Assembly: GCA_046292385.1 (NCBI GenBank)
Contig: JBKBRF010000008.1
Span: forward strand, 95,499 to 159,498
Length of the DNA stretch: 64,000 nt
Origin: Armatimonadota bacterium
GTDB lineage: Bacteria; Armatimonadota; SYMT01
Direction: 5' to 3'
The notes under the pieces were generated by a model. That model saw only the letters and a list, made by a program, of their open reading frames with translations. It did not search any database and was not told the origin of the DNA. Of the stretch, positions 1 through 8,744 are shown piece after piece; position 1 is the stretch's first letter, and each line of letters begins with the position of its first letter. A program made the position numbers and the translations under genes.

Positions 1-440
1 AGCTTCTGGAGGGGACGTCGCGGGTGGACCACCGCGAGGTAGAGGTCTCGGTGCGGGACTCCGTCGTCACCCTGCGGGGTCAGGTCGACAGCGCCATCGA
101 GAAGCGGTACGCGCGCGAAGTGGCGGAAGAGACGCCCGGGGTCCGGCGGGTGGTCGACGAGATGACGGTAAAGAACTTCGTCAAGCGCTCCAACGCGGAG
201 CTGGCGGAGGCGGTGCGGCACGCGCTGGCGCGAGACGCTTACGCGCAGAACGGAAAGATCGAAGTCTACGCCAACCACGGCGAGATCCGGCTGGACGGCA
301 GCGTGCCGGACTACCACACCCGAAAGGCGGCCGGCGACGTGGCGTGGTGGACGCCCGGCGTCATCAACGTCGAGAACCTGCTGTTGGTGACGGAAGAGGA
401 GTTCGTCGACGTCTCCCCGCTCGAGGTGCCGAACGCGTAG
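1..440 (+). CDS. BON-domain (OsmY-like) protein, probably 5'-truncated by the window edge
   Basis: Two BON-like units (VTLRGQVDS...GVRRVVDEM; IRLDGSVPD...GVINVENLL). The frame is open back to the window start. Confidence 0.85.
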   Translation, partial: LLEGTSRVDHREVEVSVRDSVVTLRGQVDSAIEKRYAREVAEETPGVRRVVDEMTVKNFVKRSNAELAEAVRHALARDAYAQNGKIEVYANHGEIRLDGSVPDYHTRKAAGDVAWWTPGVINVENLLLVTEEEFVDVSPLEVPNA

Positions 441-444
441 GGGG

Positions 445-611
445 CGTATCTCGTATCGCGTATTCCGTATTGCGTAGCGGCGCGCCGGTCCCGCTTTACC
501 TGACATCGTGCCGGGCGAAGCGCTGCCAACTCCCTCTCGCCCGGCACGATCTTGCGGTCGAGCGGTAGAGGCGACTCGCTACGCAATACGCAATACGAGA
601 TACGGAATACG
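445..611. repeat. Inverted pair of heptamer tandem arrays, (CGTATnn)x5 ... (nnATACG)x5
   Basis: 445-479 reads cgtatct cgtatcg cgtattc cgtattg cgtagcg. 577-611 reads cgctacg caatacg caatacg agatacg gaatacg. Confidence 0.85.
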
Positions 612-636
612 ACATCGCGGGCGCGGGAGGAAAGCC

Positions 637-1455
637 ATGGCGGAGACGATCGCCTCGACCCAGCTTTACGTCTGGAGCCAGGTGCTGGGCCGTGAGGGAA
701 AGCGGCTGGAGGAGCACCTGGACGCGGTGCTGGGCGAGGTCAGGGCGGCGGGATTCCCCGCGTTCGAAGGCTATCTCCAGTTCGCCGATACGCCGGAGAG
801 CACCGCCCGGCATCGGGAGCTGCTGTCCAAGCACGGCTTGAAGATGCCGAGCGTCTACACCGGCGGCAACCTCTACGACGCGGAGCAGGCGCCGGCGACG
901 GTTGAGCAGATCGTCCGGCGCGCGCAGCATGCCCGGGCGCTGGGTGTGGCCGGCATAACGATGAACCCGGACGTGATCCGCGGCGGAAAGACCGACCTCC
1001 AGCTCCGCACGCAGGCGGACTGGCTCAACCGGCTGGGCGGAGAGCTGCGGAAGCTCGGGATCGGGCTCTGGATCCACAACCACGACCCCGAGATGGCGAT
1101 GGACGGCCGGGAGGTGCGCTCGAACATGGACCGCACCGATCCGGAGAAAGTCGGCTTCTGCGCGGACACCCACTGGATCTGGCGCGGCGGCGGCGACCCC
1201 TACGAGTATCTGGAGCGGTACGGCAGGCGCCTCGGCAATCTCCATCTCCGCAACTCCCGCGGCAAGGTCTGGAGCGAGGAGCTGGGCGACGGCGACCTGG
1301 ACCACCGCCGGATCGCCGCCATCCTGAAGGAGCAGCGGTTCCGCGGCCCGCTAATCGTGGAGCTGGCGATCGAGCAGGGCACCCCTCAGACCCGTCCCCT
1401 GGTGGAGAGCCAGCGGATCAGCCGCGCTTACCTGCGGGAAGTGCTCGGCGTCTGA
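637..1455 (+). CDS. Sugar phosphate isomerase/epimerase (IolE/AP-endonuclease-2-like TIM barrel)
   Basis: Motifs HNHD.E, ADTHW, LHLR, LGDGDLD and IVELA. GGAGG RBS precedes ATG 637. Confidence 0.85.
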   Translation: MAETIASTQLYVWSQVLGREGKRLEEHLDAVLGEVRAAGFPAFEGYLQFADTPESTARHRELLSKHGLKMPSVYTGGNLYDAEQAPATVEQIVRRAQHARALGVAGITMNPDVIRGGKTDLQLRTQADWLNRLGGELRKLGIGLWIHNHDPEMAMDGREVRSNMDRTDPEKVGFCADTHWIWRGGGDPYEYLERYGRRLGNLHLRNSRGKVWSEELGDGDLDHRRIAAILKEQRFRGPLIVELAIEQGTPQTRPLVESQRISRAYLREVLGV

Positions 1456-1924
1456 CCGGCTTTCGCACCGCAGCGCTGCCGCCGCCCGGCGACGAGGCGG
1501 GGCGAGAGGAGGAGCCCCTCCCCCCTCCCATCGCGCCCGGCTCCATATAGCCGAGCTCCCAGAGGTGCCCGTCCGGATCCTCGAAGGCGTGGACGTACAT
1601 GAAGCCGTGATCCTGCGCTTCCCGGGGGATCTTCCCGCCCGCCGCTGCGGCCTTCGCGACCGTCTCGTCTACCTGCTCCCGGCTGTCGCAGGAGAGGGCG
1701 ACCAGCACCTCCGTGCAGCGGGTCGCGTCACACAGCTCTTTGGGGGTGAACGTTTTGAAGGCATCCTCGGCGAGCAGGTGGACGAAGGCGTGGTCGTCGA
1801 TGACGATGCACGCCGAATGCTCGCCCGTGAACCTGGGCTCGAAGCTGAACCCCAGGGCGGTGAAGAAGGCGATGGAGCGCTGCACGTCCTTGACCGGCAG
1901 GTTGACGAAGATCTGACGGGGCAT
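1418..1924 (-). CDS. VOC/glyoxalase family protein
   Basis: IFVNLPVKD...FFTALGF and DHGFMY..AFEDPDGHLWE. A low-complexity tail overlaps the convergent gene. Confidence 0.88.
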   Translation of the reverse strand: MPRQIFVNLPVKDVQRSIAFFTALGFSFEPRFTGEHSACIVIDDHAFVHLLAEDAFKTFTPKELCDATRCTEVLVALSCDSREQVDETVAKAAAAGGKIPREAQDHGFMYVHAFEDPDGHLWELGYMEPGAMGGGRGSSSRPASSPGGGSAAVRKPVRRRALPAGKRG

Positions 1925-2122
1925 TCCTGGGCCTCTCCCTTTCATGGTGCGTGAGTCGGGGTCTGGAGCTGTCGAGGACGAGTGGCTCCGGCGGCTGCAA
2001 CCGGCGTCTTAGTCCCCTCTGTGCTGCTCACGCCGAGATTCCTCTAAGGATGCGCAGATTCTGCCGGCGGTTATCGCGCCCGTGACCTTGCAAAAGGGGA
2101 GGGGCCGGTCTGGAGGCGTCTT

Positions 2123-2400
2123 TGCTTCTCTTCGAGATGCAGCATCGAGCCCGCGACCCGACCCCGCGCCCTTGTGCCGGGAGGCAGCCCTCCCGCGACG
2201 CAGGCCCTCCGCGGCCTTTTCACACTCCGCTGCGCTCCGTTAGCAGGCCGCTGCGGGAGTAGGCTCCGGTAAGCCCATCCCGCGCCAGGAGGCGTAACCC
2301 GTGCCGACAGGGAAGCTCACGGGCTGCCTCCCGACCCTTCGAGCGACCACCCCTGCCACCCAGGGGTGGTCACAACTGGCGCCCTCTGGGCGCCTGCGGT
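2123..2400 (-). ncRNA. Candidate structured RNA or dispersed element, copy A
   Basis: Collinear similarity to 2488-2777 (inverted) and 28386-28663, with covarying helices (see findings). Confidence 0.6.
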
Positions 2401-2487
2401 CTGGGCACGCTCGGCAGCCGACGGGCTACCGCGAGCCGGTCCAGCACGACCGGGCTTCGCGCCCCCGGGCGTGGGGATCTGCGAAGG

Positions 2488-2777
2488 CCGGAAGCGCTGC
2501 CGGAGGCAGGGCTGGAGGGTTTCACCTGTGACCACCCCTGCGAGGGGTGGTCGCTTGAGCCGCCCGGAGCGGCCCGTGAGTCGCCGCATCGCCACTACCG
2601 CAGGCCACAAACGCGGAGCGCAGCCTACCGAAGTGCACGCCCGGAGCAGTCCGCTAGCGGAGCCGCAGGCGGAGCGTGAAAGGACTGCGGGAGGGCCAAA
2701 CACGCGGGAGGGCCGCTCCGGGTGGGGAGGGCGCGGGGTGGACCCTCGGCGCGATGCTGATCTCGACTAACCAAGCA
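2488..2777 (+). ncRNA. Candidate structured RNA or dispersed element, copy B
   Basis: Hairpin 2528-2554, long-range stem 2566-2575/2710-2719, and stem 2646-2652/2682-2688 enclosing GCTA...GTGAAA. Confidence 0.6.
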
Positions 2778-3149
2778 TTCTCCCGCCGCCTGGAGGTTGG
2801 GTGCGGCATCAGCCGCGTGGTGAGTCTGTCGAACGCTTTCTCGTGAATTCGACAGTCTCCCCGACGAGTTTCTCTTGCCAGAAGGAGACGCGCAGCGGGA
2901 GTGCTCGGCGCCTCTCCCGGCACTACGGTCCTGCCACGAGGAAGCGGCCTCTCGCTGCGGAACACGCGATACGCACTACGCCCCCACCCGCCCCGCGGCA
3001 GCATCCCACGGTTCCGGGCACGGCTCACCACCAAGGACAACCCGCAGCGAACCCGTGATACAAATGGTTCGGCCTGGCGGGCCTGGCTCCGGCGAGAGGA
3101 GCCCCGCCTGCCGACACAGATTTTTCCGCCGGCGGACCGGGAGTCTCCG

Positions 3150-4112
3150 ATGATCGTACCGACAAAGACGCTGTTCGAGCACGCCTACGGCAAGTACGCC
3201 CTGGGCGCCTACAACATCAACAACCTGGAGCAGATCATGGGTCTGTTCCGGGGCAACATCGACTCGAAGGCACCCTTCATCATTCAGCTTTCGAAGGGCG
3301 CGCGGGGCTACACCGACAAGCGGATGCTCGAGGCGATGATCCGCGCGGCGGAAGAGATCTTCCCCGAGGCGGTCTTCGCGGTGCACCTGGACCACGGCGA
3401 CGAGAAGACCTGCTACGAGTGCATCGAGAGCGGCTTCTACTCCTCCGTGATGATCGACGCTTCCCACGAGTCGTTCGATGAGAACATCGCCATCACCCGC
3501 CGGGTGGTCGACGCGGCCCACGCCCGCGGCATCTCCGTCGAGGCGGAGCTCGGCATGCTGGGCGGGGTGGAAGAGGACATCGCGGTCGACGAGGCCCACG
3601 CGTGCCTGACCGACCCGGACCAGGCGAAGGAGTTCGTGGAGCGCAGCGGCTGCGACTCGCTCGCGGTGGCGATCGGCACCTCCCACGGCGCCTACAAGTT
3701 CTCCGGCGGCCAGGGCATCCACTTCGACCGCGTGCAGGCGATCCAGCAGGAGCTGCCCGGCTTCCCGTTGGTGATGCACGGCTCCTCCTCCGTGCCGCAG
3801 GATGAGGTCCAGCGGATCAACGCCGCCGGCGGCAAGCTGAAGGAAGGCGCCAAGGGCGTCGACCCGGCCCAGTACCTCCCCGCGGCGCGCCTCGGCGTCT
3901 GCAAGGTGAACATCGATACGGACGGCCGCCTGGTTTGGAGCCGCGTGCACCGCGAGTACTTCCGGGACAAGCCGGAAGACTTCGACCTCCGCGGCCCCGG
4001 CAAGCTCTTCATGGCGGAGTACGCCAAGTTCATCGCCAGCCGCAACGAGCTCCTCGGCTCGGCCGGAAACCTGGACCAGGTCCGCGAGTTCGTGAAGAGC
4101 AAGCAGGCCTAG
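3150..4112 (+). CDS. fba: Class II fructose-1,6-bisphosphate aldolase
   Basis: Motifs VHLDHG, SSVMIDAS, VEAELG, GTSHGAYKF, LVMHGSS and KVNIDTD. Confidence 0.96.
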   Translation: MIVPTKTLFEHAYGKYALGAYNINNLEQIMGLFRGNIDSKAPFIIQLSKGARGYTDKRMLEAMIRAAEEIFPEAVFAVHLDHGDEKTCYECIESGFYSSVMIDASHESFDENIAITRRVVDAAHARGISVEAELGMLGGVEEDIAVDEAHACLTDPDQAKEFVERSGCDSLAVAIGTSHGAYKFSGGQGIHFDRVQAIQQELPGFPLVMHGSSSVPQDEVQRINAAGGKLKEGAKGVDPAQYLPAARLGVCKVNIDTDGRLVWSRVHREYFRDKPEDFDLRGPGKLFMAEYAKFIASRNELLGSAGNLDQVREFVKSKQA

Positions 4113-4363
4113 CTCCCGGCTGCAACGGAGAGACGGAGCGACAGAGGGACGGAGAGAGCCGGGCACACGCGCCGGCTTCTCTCCGTCCTCAGCCTTTCTC
4201 AGCGCTTCGGATGGGAGACCGCGGCGTCCGGGACTCGCTCCCCTCCAGGCGAGGACGTGCCGGAAGCACCGGCGCCAGCGAGCAAGAGCAGGAGTAGGAG
4301 CAGGAGTCTCCGTGTACGAGGGGTTCGGCTTTAGCCTTTAGCCTTCTGCCTTTTGCCTTTCAG

Positions 4364-5149
4364 ATGTGGGTCCTTCTCTACCTCGTCGCCATCATCGCGA
4401 TCCTGCTCGTGGGGCAGACGATCATCCTGCGCGCCTTCGGTGAGCCGCTCAAGTGGACCTACGGCGCCACCAGCGAGCAGCCCAAGTCGCTGAAGCTTGC
4501 GCTCAAGGCGCTACTTCAGACCACCCTCATCGGCTCGATCTTCCTCTTCCCCTACCTGGTCGGCCGCACCCCCGGCAGCTTCTACGGTCCCCTCTTCCGC
4601 GCGGACCAGTTCTACCTCTTCCTCTACGGGGAGGGGATCGCGCTCCTGCTGCTCTTCCTGATCTACGGGATCGAGCTGGCCGGCGGCTGGCTGAAGTGGG
4701 AGCCGCGCTGGAGCACGCAGAAGAAGCTCAGCAAGAGCGGCTTCAGCGCGCTCAGCTCCCTCACGGTCGTGGCCGTGGAGGAGCCGTTCTTCCGCGGGAT
4801 CATCCTGCAGACACTGCTGCTGAGCCAGGTGCCGGCCCTCGTGGCGATCCCGGTGAGCGCCGTCGTCTTCTCCCTGGCGCACTTCATCCGGAAAGTCCGC
4901 ACGTACTGGCCGGCAGTCGGGCTCGCGGTGCTGGGGCTCTGGCTCGGCGTGGCCTACTACAAGACCGGCACCCTCTGGCTGCCGATGGGCCTGCACAGCG
5001 GCGGCATCCTCTCCATCGGTGTCCACCGCTGCTTCACGCGCTACGCCGGTCCGGAGTGGCTGATCGGCACGCAGACCTTCCCGATCGCGGGGACGATTGC
5101 CATCGTGATCATGCTGATCGGCACCGCCGTCACCTACTGGATCTTCTAG
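4364..5149 (+). CDS. CPBP (Abi/CAAX) family intramembrane metalloprotease
   Basis: Multiple TM segments with EEPFFRG, FSLAH and GLH motifs. Confidence 0.88.
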   Translation: MWVLLYLVAIIAILLVGQTIILRAFGEPLKWTYGATSEQPKSLKLALKALLQTTLIGSIFLFPYLVGRTPGSFYGPLFRADQFYLFLYGEGIALLLLFLIYGIELAGGWLKWEPRWSTQKKLSKSGFSALSSLTVVAVEEPFFRGIILQTLLLSQVPALVAIPVSAVVFSLAHFIRKVRTYWPAVGLAVLGLWLGVAYYKTGTLWLPMGLHSGGILSIGVHRCFTRYAGPEWLIGTQTFPIAGTIAIVIMLIGTAVTYWIF

Positions 5150-5320
5150 CGGGGGCAGGATCCGTCAGGCCGCGAGGCATTGAGCTACCTCGCTCGTCGT
5201 CCTCCGGCCCAGCGTCCTCCGGACGACTGGAACAGGTCCATCTGAGTGCCCGGCGGAGCTCCCCGTTCGGGGGATAAACTTCGTGCCGTGGTTGCCGCGG
5301 TTTCAACCGACCGGAAGGGT

Positions 5321-5342
5321 TGATGTGAATCATTTCACATCA
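5321..5342. promoter_or_regulatory. Palindromic operator, CRP/FNR-type (TGTGA-N6-TCACA) or Rex-like
   Basis: TGATGTGAA-TCAT-TTCACATCA has perfect 9-bp arms and lies upstream of a -10-like TACACT (5383-5388). Confidence 0.65.
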
Positions 5343-5456
5343 TTTATGCGAGCGGCTGCATCCCAGGCGGACGGCTGAATGCTACACTATCGCTGGCCCC
5401 TCCCGCTGTAGCAGCCGGTCTTTGTCTCGGCCGGCTGCGGGCACCCAGTGAACCTG

Positions 5457-7535
5457 ATGAACAAGCGTTTACGTCTCCGCCCCCGCCCCTCCGTCTCCGC
5501 GCTGCTGCTCTGCTCGCTGGCCCTGGTGCTGGCGATCCTGACCGTTCCGCCGCGTCCGGCGGAGGCGCAGCTCGCCGCCGCCCGGCGCCCCAGCCCCTAC
5601 TCCGCCTGGCTGCAGGTAGAGGAGTTCACGGTGACGTACGAGTCGTCGTTCAACGGCTCGTTCAGTATCCCGTGGGACTGGCACGGCTCGGTCCACGACT
5701 ACACGGTGAACCAGAGCGGCCGGGCGACCGGTAAGATCAAGCGCTTCGGAAACTGGAGCTGGGAAGGGAACCTCAAGTTCGAGGGCACGCACTCCCTGGA
5801 CGAGCACTGGTACACTCCGGAGAAGACCCTCGGAAATACCCACGAGCGCGCAGAGGGGAAGGACTACCAGGGCTCCGGGCTGTTCTTCCGCCTGGAGATC
5901 AACCCGGAAACGGGCCGGTATTCGGTCATCATCTTCGAGACGATGGGCATCAACGGCACCATTGAGTGGGTCGACGAGGATGGCTCCTTTACCCGGGATG
6001 ACCTCTGCTACGTCCTCTGCCCCGGCCCGCAGAATCTCCCGCTGCCCTCTGACCGGCCTCCGCTTAGCTTCTCGGAGAAGATTGCCGTCAATTCGACCAC
6101 AGCGGGCATCGCGTGGCGCCTGGCGGATCCCTACTCCCCGGAGATCGACGTCCACTTCACAATTGCCCCGGTGGGCCCCAAGCCGGAGTTCCTGCTCAAG
6201 CCGGTGTCTCCTCGCTGGATGCCGGAGCCGGACGCTGCGATCAAAGCCGCCGTAGTGCCCAAGCGGAAGAACCAGGCGCCCGCGCCGGTGCGGTTCGTGC
6301 TGGAGGAGATCACCCGCGAGCCGGGGACCTGCCTGAACAGCCCGGAGACGGACACCGCTCCGGACCTGGAGTTCGATCCGCTCGGCAGCCCGACCGCCTT
6401 CGACGAGCCGGAGCTGGTGGGCGAAGCGAGCTACGTGATGCAGACGGAAGATCCGGTGACGGCGGCGACCGCCCTGGTCCGCGCTCGCGACTATGGCGCC
6501 TGGGGCAAGCTGCGTGCGGAGGCCTACGTGGATGGCGGCTGGAAGCCGATCCCGGTGGAAGGCTCCAGGTTGGGATACCTGACGCTGCCGTACGACCGGA
6601 ACGAGAACAAGATCTCCGACCAGTGGGAGAAGAAGAATAAAGCCAAAGGCAAGCCGGCTACCTGGGACGAAGAGACCCAACCCAGGCTCGACGGGGTGCC
6701 GGGAGACGGCCTCTCCCTCTACGAGGAGTACCGCGGCCTGCGTGTGAAGGGGAAGCACACCCGCTTGAGCCCGAAGCTCAAGGAGCTGGTGGTGGAGAAC
6801 CAGATCGGGGCCCAGGCCGACCCGGGCATCAAGCTTCTGGGCGCTGCCTCGAAGCTGAAGGTCTACGCAGTCAACACCGGTGAGCTGCCGGTGAGCCGCC
6901 AGGTGAACGCGAACTCGAGCCTCGCTCGTACGCGCGACCAGTACGGCCTGCGCCTCAAGGACGTGCGGCTGGCGGAGGGAACGCTCGGCGGTGCGCTGCC
7001 GCTGGAGAAGACGAACAAGCGGCCGAAGGACTGTACGGAGGTGCAGGTCGACGTCACCCAGATCCTCGCCTCTCCGCCGGGCTACAACGCGCAGGCGGAG
7101 TTGGAGAACACCATCGCGCACGAGCTGGGGCATGGGATCGGGGCGAGCCACCACGGCGAGGCCGGCGCCCCGCTCATCGACCGGTTCCTCACCGATCGCC
7201 ACCAGCCGCCGGCGCACATCGTCTACGGCAGCGACGGCAAGGTGATCCCGGACCGCCCGTTCCGGATCCAGGGGCTGCTCGGCGGCCTCGGCAGCCTCGC
7301 CAGCGGCGATGAGGGCTGCATCATGTGCTACAACAGCTACTACCAGTGGGCGGTTCAGCGCACCGCGCAGGGCGAGTACCGCTACTACGCCCAGCAGTAC
7401 CGCCTGCCCGGCCGGCGCTTCTGCACCTCCGCGGCCGGGACCGGGGTGAACGACAAGAAGCACCGCCCCGCGCCCTACTTCGGCAATGCCGAGCGGGGCA
7501 ACTGCCTCGCGCAGCTCGGCCCGAAGGACCGCTAG
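5457..7535 (+). CDS. Secreted hypothetical protein with C-terminal zincin-like HExxH motif
   Basis: Signal peptide ending AEA, DGLSLYEEYRG, TIAHELGHGIGASHH and a downstream CIMCY Met-turn-like segment. Confidence 0.7.
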   Translation: MNKRLRLRPRPSVSALLLCSLALVLAILTVPPRPAEAQLAAARRPSPYSAWLQVEEFTVTYESSFNGSFSIPWDWHGSVHDYTVNQSGRATGKIKRFGNWSWEGNLKFEGTHSLDEHWYTPEKTLGNTHERAEGKDYQGSGLFFRLEINPETGRYSVIIFETMGINGTIEWVDEDGSFTRDDLCYVLCPGPQNLPLPSDRPPLSFSEKIAVNSTTAGIAWRLADPYSPEIDVHFTIAPVGPKPEFLLKPVSPRWMPEPDAAIKAAVVPKRKNQAPAPVRFVLEEITREPGTCLNSPETDTAPDLEFDPLGSPTAFDEPELVGEASYVMQTEDPVTAATALVRARDYGAWGKLRAEAYVDGGWKPIPVEGSRLGYLTLPYDRNENKISDQWEKKNKAKGKPATWDEETQPRLDGVPGDGLSLYEEYRGLRVKGKHTRLSPKLKELVVENQIGAQADPGIKLLGAASKLKVYAVNTGELPVSRQVNANSSLARTRDQYGLRLKDVRLAEGTLGGALPLEKTNKRPKDCTEVQVDVTQILASPPGYNAQAELENTIAHELGHGIGASHHGEAGAPLIDRFLTDRHQPPAHIVYGSDGKVIPDRPFRIQGLLGGLGSLASGDEGCIMCYNSYYQWAVQRTAQGEYRYYAQQYRLPGRRFCTSAAGTGVNDKKHRPAPYFGNAERGNCLAQLGPKDR

Positions 7536-7614
7536 CGGCTCCTGACCTCGTAAAGGCCCCGCCTCTCGTCCTGCAGTAGGAGAACTGAGAGGCGGGGTCT
7601 TTCTTGTGCTTCCC

Positions 7615-8646
7615 CTACCGCGGCACCACGGCGCGGAACCCCTCCCGCTGTCCCGCCGGGTTGATCCCGGTTCCGACGATCACGGAGCCGTCCGCCGAGA
7701 CCCCCGTAGCGGAGAGCAGCGCCCACTCCCGCACCTCGGTGGCGCCTCCCTTCAACAGCAGCTTACGGAGACTGCGCATCCCGGCCCGGCGGGTCCAGAC
7801 GAACGCTTCCACCCGGTTGCGCCGACCTTCCGCCGCGCCGACTACCAGCGAGCCGTCGCCGTCGGTGCCGAATGCCCAGCTCTGGCGACCGCCGAGCGTG
7901 CCGAGGTTGCGCATGCCGCCGCGGTCGGTCCAGCGGAACGCCCTCCACGGTCCCCAGCGGCGGAACATCGCCTGTCCCACCGCTACGCGTCCGTCGGCGG
8001 AGAGATCCCACGCCCGGCTCTCGCTGGCGCCCCGCCGGTGAATGCTGCGGAGCCCGTCCTGTGCGGTCCAGAGGAATGCCTGGGCTCCGGAGTATCCGGC
8101 CGCCGCGCTGCCATCGGCGGAGAGGGCCGCCGTCCAGGCGCCTGGCCCCAGCTCCAGCGTCTCGCCACCGACCGACCACCTCACGTTCATCCCGACCACC
8201 TGGGAGCCATCGGTGGAGAGATCCATCGCCCGCGCCATGGGCAGCCGCTGCAGCCCCTCGGCCTCGCTCCAGCGGAAGGCGCCGTCCGCGAAGCCGACCA
8301 CCACGCTGCCGTCAAACGAGGCCGCCGTGGCCCGGCTGTCCGGCCCGACCGGATCGGTGAGCAGTTGATAGCCGGTCGATTCAGTCCACCGGAACGGCTG
8401 CATGGTGGTGCTGAACTGGTCGCCCCCGAGTGGGGTGACGATCTCCACGTGTCCCACCACCACCGAGCCGTCGCCCGAGACCCCGTCCGCACCGCTGGAG
8501 TGCCCCTCCGGCAGCGCACCCAGTCCCGTAAACGTCGCCCCGGAGCCGATCTCGGCCTTGGCTGGGCCGGCGTGGAGAGAGGCAGACAGATACACGGCGG
8601 AGACAGCCGCCACGCTGTCCCTCAAGAGTCTCCTACGAGTGCGCAT
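7615..8646 (-). CDS. Secreted HAF-type extracellular repeat (beta-propeller) protein
   Basis: Repeated S.A.(G/D)(V/L)SADG.V.VG / AFRW / LGTLGG units and an N-terminal signal peptide. Confidence 0.85.
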   Translation of the reverse strand: MRTRRRLLRDSVAAVSAVYLSASLHAGPAKAEIGSGATFTGLGALPEGHSSGADGVSGDGSVVVGHVEIVTPLGGDQFSTTMQPFRWTESTGYQLLTDPVGPDSRATAASFDGSVVVGFADGAFRWSEAEGLQRLPMARAMDLSTDGSQVVGMNVRWSVGGETLELGPGAWTAALSADGSAAAGYSGAQAFLWTAQDGLRSIHRRGASESRAWDLSADGRVAVGQAMFRRWGPWRAFRWTDRGGMRNLGTLGGRQSWAFGTDGDGSLVVGAAEGRRNRVEAFVWTRRAGMRSLRKLLLKGGATEVREWALLSATGVSADGSVIVGTGINPAGQREGFRAVVPR

Positions 8647-8744
8647 ATGGATCCCCTGTGACCTCGCGGGGAGCCGGTCTCACCCGCGAACGCATCCAGA
8701 GGAGAAAAGGCGGCTGGTCGGCAGCTTGATACATAGGGCTACTT

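Noticed and set aside
445..611. Possible CRISPR array
   Set aside because: The units are 7 bp without spacers, and there are no cas genes in the window.
2301..3058. Short ORFs in the VOC-fba spacer
   Set aside because: Low-complexity translations overlapping the structured repeat, with no RBS or motif support.
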